Part shown: positions 36,442-42,694 of the stretch, piece by piece
Layout of the letters: every line of letters starts with the position of its first letter
How positions within the stretch are numbered: position 1 is the stretch's first letter
Source of the DNA: Octopus sinensis
Lineage: Eukaryota
NCBI RefSeq assembly: GCF_006345805.1
Contig: NW_021835129.1
Span: 1-42,694 of the forward strand
Direction: 5' to 3'
DNA: 42,694 nt
Position numbers and translations under genes: made by a program
Notes under the pieces: model-generated
Seen by the model: the letters and a program-made list of their open reading frames with translations, nothing else
Databases searched by the model: none
What the model was told of the DNA's origin: nothing

Positions 36442-37286
36442 TCTATATATAAAAGAAAGGTTGTGTGTCTGTCTACTCCAATTTACATTCCTAACTAATC
36501 CCACATTTTGCGATGCAGTTTAACCAAAAGCGGGTATCTTTTAGTCGTGATTCATATCGAGCCCTTCTGGGTATTAGCGCGCGTCTACGATGAGTCTACG
36601 ATTTTAAAAATAATTTACCATCATTTATTTCCATTTTAATGCATATTTTTTTTAATAAAGGGAAGTAACTCTCAAACTTCACACCAATATGCGTGCTCAT
36701 ATGCGACGTAATATCACATCAGCAGCTTTTCCTCACACCCTCCTTGCACTTGCCGAAGGCAAAATACCAGGGGATGAAAATGGTAATATTGCCATCGATT
36801 CCATTTGTACCATTGTTAAGACGCCTTCTGATCTCAGAGATGCAGTGTTCACAGATCTACAAGCTAATTATCAGAATATGGATTGGATTGGCCAAAAGGC
36901 TATACTGGCCCCGAGGAATAAAACTGTTCACCATATTAATGATGAAATGCTAAAACTCATTCCTGGGGAAGTCTATGTATATCAGTCTATCGATACAACT
37001 CCTGACCCAGATGACGTCATCAACTATCCAATAGAGGTACTCAATTCCTTTGAGCACCCCGGACTACCACCACACATTCTCAAACTTAAAGTTGGTGCCC
37101 CTATAATGCTCATCAGAAATTTGGTTACCCCAAAACAATGCAATGGCACACGTTTGATCGTTAAGTCCTTATCTCCCACCGTAAACTTATATCAATATTT
37201 GCCTGAATAATCATCATAATTCAGTGCAATCATTAACAGTACTTTCAAGCAATTCAGCCCCGAGCAACGCCGGGCAATTCTGCTAG
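36442..37286 (+). mobile_element. Internally deleted Helitron carrying a Pif1 helicase segment (36689-37180)
   Basis: A|TCtatatataaaa start and hairpin + CTAG|T end; KAILAPRNKTVHHIN and GLPPHILKLKVGAPIMLIRNL..CNGTRLIV. Confidence 0.9.
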
Positions 37287-37454
37287 TATATATATAAAGG
37301 GAAAGTTTCGAAAATAAACAAAAGACTAAGGCAGGTGGTGTATAAACAAACAGATGTATTAGTATAGCGCACAGGAATAGAAAAAGTCTTTTACGTTTCG
37401 AGCCTACGCTCTTCTACAGAAAGGGACACAGAAAAAACAAGGAGAAAATCATGG

Positions 37455-37812
37455 CGTATATAATGGCAAAATGTCTGTGTGCGTGTCCTTTATACAAATC
37501 CACAATTTTTCTGTTAGAGGTCTCGCACTTTCTGTGATTATTCAAATCCATCCAAGGGTGGTCGTGCACATCTTTACATTTCCCTAGTCACCCCGCAAAG
37601 CCATTAAGAAATCAATAGAAGTGACTTTTTTTGTGAATTTTCTATCCAAAATCCAATCAAAATGCCCGAAACTTGATACGCCAATTGAATGCCAGCTAGC
37701 TGTATGTGATTGGTCGGAGATTTGGACAGTACTCACGTGTATGTGTGCATGCACGCAGCTGTATATGCAGGCACTAACACTATGACCCGGTGTTGCCAGG
37801 TCATACTGCTAG
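37455..37812 (+). mobile_element. Non-autonomous Helitron (5' end uncertain)
   Basis: 3' end cactatgacc..ggtcata hairpin + CTAG|T, similar to 28110-28151. Confidence 0.65.
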
Positions 37813-37895
37813 TATATATATATATATATATATCGTGTGTGGTATGTCATGTTTGCCAGTAAGTCATAAAATGATTTCCAAACATTTTATTTTAG

Positions 37896-37978
37896 GAGTC
37901 ACCTATTTCAGCTAAGGTGAAAAAAAGGATTACACGTCAAAATATCCAACCCAAAGGCAGAAAGACATTGAAGGAAAA
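37896..37978 (+). CDS. Putative small host exon (83 nt, phase 0 to 2)
   Basis: ttttattttag|GAG TCA..GAA AA|gtaagt; open frame ESPISAKVKKRITRQNIQPKGRKTLKE; phase fits the 27340 donor. Confidence 0.6.
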
Positions 37979-39001
37979 GTAAGTATTTCTAATATTTTTG
38001 ATGTTCTAATTCCATTACCGTTGTTGTTGTTGTTCGCAGTGATGTTGTTGAACCCAAAGTGAGCCTCGAGCTATGTATATTTATATCCATGTGTATGTTT
38101 ATATCATCATGGCTCGGCTTTGTGAACGAAGATCAGGAAGGCTTTCCATGTCGCATGCATGCATGCTCATGACTGAGAAGTCTGATATGGGAAAGGCAGG
38201 TCCGTGATCAGTGTCCACAGACGAAGGTAACATCCGGTGTGGTGTCAGAGGCGGCTTGCGCCTTCCTCCTGCATCTCTTGTCTTTAAGCACATCTCTTCT
38301 TTGTTCCTCAAACTTGCTGTCTGCGTTGAAGATCGTGTAGCGCCAGACATCACGGTCCGCAGCCAGGTCTGACCAGCATTAAGTCGGCGAGCTGGCAGAA
38401 ACGTTAGCACGCCTGATATTGCCTTCTTTTTCTCAGGAATATCTCGATGTATTGGTAAACGGTCATCATCATCATCATCGTTTAACGTCCGTTTTCCATA
38501 CTGGCATGGGTTGGACGGTTCAAATTGGGTCTGGGTCGCCGGAAGGCTGCACCAGGCCCAGTGTGATATGGCAGTGTTTCTACTGCTGGATGCCCTTCCT
38601 AACGCCAACCACTTCGTGAGTGTAGTGGGTGCTTTTTACGTGCCACTGGCACAGGTGCCAGACAAGGCTGGCAAATGGCCACGATCGAATGGTGCTTTTT
38701 ATGTGCCACTGGCACACATTTATATACTGTTGTGAAATATTTTAATATATTTTAATTTTTATGTATTAATTGTATTAATCGAATTATATTTCTATATAAT
38801 TAATTACAATATGTATTTTGAATCCGCTCTACGATTTAAGGTTTTTCCTTGATTTTCTTTATAATGTATACTGAATTCATTTATTTTTGTCGCATGCTTA
38901 AGACTGTTATTTGATAAGACCAATGAAACAAATCCATTTTTAAAGGTGTGTACTTTAACTAGTTTTGATCAAATTATTATTTCGGTTTTATTTTAACAAA
39001 A

Positions 39002-39039
39002 CTGTCCGACGAACGGGAACGTGAAACTCCGAGTAACAG
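39002..39039 (+). ncRNA. Minimal type I hammerhead-like motif with one core substitution
   Basis: ctgt-CCGACGA-acg(ggaa)cgt-GAAA-ctccgag-TA-acag. Confidence 0.55.
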
Positions 39040-39184
39040 CTTCTGTTGAATTTCTGCTGCTTTTAAATAAAGCATATTATTCTACTTCTGGTATTTGAGT
39101 ACTCTCTTTTCCACCTTGTTTCACATTTATGTGCTTACTCCGGTATATATATATATATATATATCATCATCATATATATATATA

Positions 39185-40053
39185 GGCGCAGGAGTGGCTG
39201 TGTGGTAAGTAGCTTACTAACCAACCACATGGTTCCGGGTTCAGTCCCACTGCGTGACATCAAGGACATGTGTAGACTTGAAAGAAATGAAGCTAGCATG
39301 ATCCACTGGATGTGTAATGTCAGTGTGCACACACAACAGAGTGCCCTGAGAGAAATGCTGGACATAAGAAGCATCGGATGTGGCGTGCAAGAGAGACGTC
39401 TGCGCTGGTATGGTCATGTACTGCGGATTGATGAGGAGAGATGTGTGAAGTGCCACTCCCAAACAGTTGAATGTATGCGGGGTAGAAGTAGACCCAGGAA
39501 GACATGGGATGAGGTGGTCAAGCATGACCTTCAAACGTTGGGCCTCACAGAGGCAATGACGAAAGACTGAGACCTCTGGAGATACGCTGTGACTGAGAAG
39601 ACCCAACAAATCACGTGAGTTCATGGCTGTTTCTGCACCAGCTTCACATAGAGGCCCTAGCCCTTCCAAAGTACCTTAGATTGCAGGACGGCCTGCTGTG
39701 CTTACCTTGGATCGTAGGGTAACCTGCTGTCTTTGAGGAGACCTATTGAGTCAAGTACATCAACATCAAAATAAATATCAAATGGAAATTGTAGTTGTGA
39801 TACCTGTGCCAGTGGTACATAAAAAGCACCAACCGATCGTGGCCGTTGCCAGCCTCTCCTGGTACTTGTGCCAGTGACATGTAAAAAGCACCCACTACAC
39901 TCTCGGAGTGGTTGGCGTTAGGAAGTGCATCCAGCTGTAGAAATACTGTCAGATCAGACTGGTGCCTGGTGCAGCCTCCTGGCTTCCCAGACCCCGGCTG
40001 AACCATCCAATCCATGCTAGCATGGAAGACAGATGCTAAACGATGATGATGAT
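39185..40053 (+). mobile_element. Chimera: SINE A tRNA-like head (39185-~39260) fused to an RTE LINE 3' end
   Basis: ggcgcaggagtggctgtgtgg..cccactgcgtg joins aaggacatg.., is collinear with 33466 onward and ends in (GAT)n. Confidence 0.82.
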
Positions 40054-42204
40054 TATACATATATATATATATATATATATTTATCGCCATACTAATTTTA
40101 GAGAGACTTAGTTATTTTAATATTTCTATTATATATATATATATATATATATATAAAGATAGAGAGAGAGAGAAAGGAAGTAATAACAAGTGAATGAGAA
40201 TAATGATGGAAGGGTTAAAAAAGTGTAAAAATAAAGATAAAATTAAATAAAACTAAAGCCAAAACATTAAAAATTATTGAAAGTGGGTAGAAATAAACAC
40301 TACGTAGTGTAGTAATTCTACACTAGGGTGTCTGTAGAAAGTTGATTTTGATTTCGGAATATAAAGAGGAAAAATTCGGATCTTGAGAATTTTCCAAAAG
40401 TCCTCTCCCCACCTCAAGATTTTCCCCACAGATTACTTTATAGTCATAATGCATGCTGTTTGGAAGGTATTTAAACAAAATTTCAATAAAAAAATATTAA
40501 TTTTCGTAACAGTTACAGGGGGAAAACTTGAATCTTGTGAATTTTCCAAAGCCCTCTTCCCACCACCTTGGAAAAGATTTTCCCCACAAATTTCTTTATA
40601 ATGGTGATGTATGCCGTTTGAATGGTATTTCTATAAAATTTCATTGAAAAATCCCATTTTCCTAAAAGTTATGAGGGAAAAACTCAGATCTTGTGAATTT
40701 TCTGAGGTCCTCTCCCAAAATGCTTTGCGCGCATTTTAATTTTCTTTTTCAAATTCATTTCCGACACATTGTTTTACATGCTTTGTACTATTTTTTTCTG
40801 ATTTTCGATTCTGGGTCAAGTTGTAAACATTAACCCCTTTGGTCATGTTGTAAATGTTAACCCCTCCACCCACACGGTTTTCACTAATAAGGAAAAAAAC
40901 TCGAATTTTTTTTTGCATGGAATCAAGTACCTGACCTTCTAGTGTGTGGCAAACCCCTCATTTTTGTTCAGAAACAAAAGTGTGTGTGTGTGTGCCCCCA
41001 CTGCATCCCAGAATCATTGGAAAATTTTTTTTTTCGGGGAATGAATTATGGTGGTCTCCTAACATGCTACAAAACCGATTTTTTTTGTTCCAGAAAACAA
41101 GTTGAAGTGGAACCCTTGGAAATTTTACCCCCCCCTTCTCCCCGCTCCTAACATTTTATAGAAATACGTTTTCCAGAAATACACGGATCATTATTAAATA
41201 TATAAAGATTGTGAATTAATATGCTAACATTTACGTTGTGTATTTGATGTTGAAAATAATTTTTCTGAAGTCTTAGTGTATGCATATATATATTCTGTAA
41301 ATAATAACAATCGTATTTTACAAGCAATCAAGGAAAATAGTTTAATAACGAGGCATATAAACCCTTGACAGAGAAAAAGTAGGTTTTTCCATACTCGTGG
41401 GACTTTAACCGCACCTCTTTGTTTTCGCAACAAGTATGCTACCATTACACTAGCACACAACCTGCTTCATTCCATCAGATTTTATCATCATCATCATCGT
41501 TTAGCGTCCACTTTCCATGCTGGCATGGGTTGGATGGTTCAACTGGGGTCTGGGAAGCCAGAAGGCTGCACCAGGTCCAGTCTGATCTGGCAATGTTTCT
41601 ACAGCTGGATGCCCTTCCTAATGCCAACCACTCCATGAGTGTAGTGGCTGCTTTTTACGTGCCACCAGCACAGGTGCTAGACGAGGCTGGCAAACGGCCA
41701 TGATCGGATGGTGCTTTTTATGTGTCACCGGAACGGAGGCCAGTCGGGGTGGCGCTGGCAACGGTCACTTTTGGAAAGAACTATAATTAGTTTGTAGTGT
41801 TGTTTTTGTAAACAAACTTTCATGTGCTTTTACTGCAATGGTTTTCGTTAAGAAGCATTGATTTTTACAGTTCTGTGAGTAATAATAATAATAATAATAG
41901 TGTTTTATAAGCTTAAAGCTTATAAGCGATCTCCGCTCAATGACTAAAGAAAATGGCCCAATAATAGAGCATATAAGCCCTCGACAGAAAAATGTAGGTT
42001 TTCCTGTATGCATGGGACTCGAACCCACACCTCTTTGCTTTTACGTTGCGTACCCTCCCCTTTTTTGAGAACAAAAATAAGGGATTTGCCGCACAATAGG
42101 CGGTCAGAGTACTTGTTTCCACGTGAAAAACCCGAGTATTTTTTGTTAGTGAAAATCGTATGGGTGAACGTATCAAAATTTATCAATTTTGTTTTTAATC
42201 CACG

Positions 42205-42592
42205 TAGTTGTGATACCAGTGCCAGTGGCACGGAAGACAATCATCTGAATGTGGCCATAGCCAGCGCCGCCCCGACTGGCCTCCTGTGCCAGTGGCACGT
42301 AAAAAACACCATCCGATCGTGGCCGTTGCCAGCCTCGCCTGGCCTCCGTGCCGGTGGCACGTAAAAAGCACCATCCGAGCATGGCCGTTTGCCAGCCTCG
42401 TCTGGCACCTGTGTCGGTGGCATGTAAAAAGCACCCACTACACTTACGGAGTGGTTGGTGTTAGGAAGGGCATCCAGCCGTAGAACACTACCAGATCAGA
42501 CTAGGTCTGGTGCAGCCGTCTGGCTTCCCAGACCCCAGTTGAACCGTCCAACCCATGCTAGCATGGAAAGCGGACGTTAAACGATGATGATG
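42205..42592 (+). mobile_element. RTE LINE 3' UTR with (GAT)n tail
   Basis: Collinear with 33950-34482. Confidence 0.88.
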
Positions 42593-42694
42593 TTCAAAAA
42601 TACAGAGATTACAAATCTGAGATTTTTTCTTTTTAATTAAAGTTTTTGCGTTTGTAAGGTGGTGTGGAAAACATTTGTTTTATGTGAATTGAAA

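Noticed and set aside
40298-41210. Possible minus-strand Helitron/Helentron-like element with internal ~150-bp repeats
   Set aside because: Termini are ambiguous and it cannot be classified from the sequence alone.

Overview
AT-rich, microsatellite-dense eukaryotic DNA. The repeat families (two tRNA-derived SINEs, RTE LINEs with (GAT)n tails) look like those of Octopus; this is inferred from recall, not a database search. Most of the window is transposon-derived: three mariner relics, a Merlin/ISXO2-type element whose transposase is broken only by a nested MITE, RTE and CR1-like LINE pieces, a Penelope GIY-YIG fragment, Helitron pieces and piggyBac/Merlin-type MITEs. One plausible host gene runs on the + strand: a CARD exon (15546-16144), a TRADD-N-like exon, and two small phase-compatible exons (27294-27340, 37896-37978). 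The most striking structure is in the second coding exon. Its splice acceptor and first 69 nt lie inverted (21557-21489) inside a 1,025-bp segment bounded by 121-bp inverted repeats, and flipping that segment restores a complete in-frame exon. This could be a real inversion or an assembly artefact. Several minimal type I hammerhead ribozyme motifs occur in (TA)n-flanked modules, and one has a fully canonical core. Most entries in the ORF track are translations of repeats.
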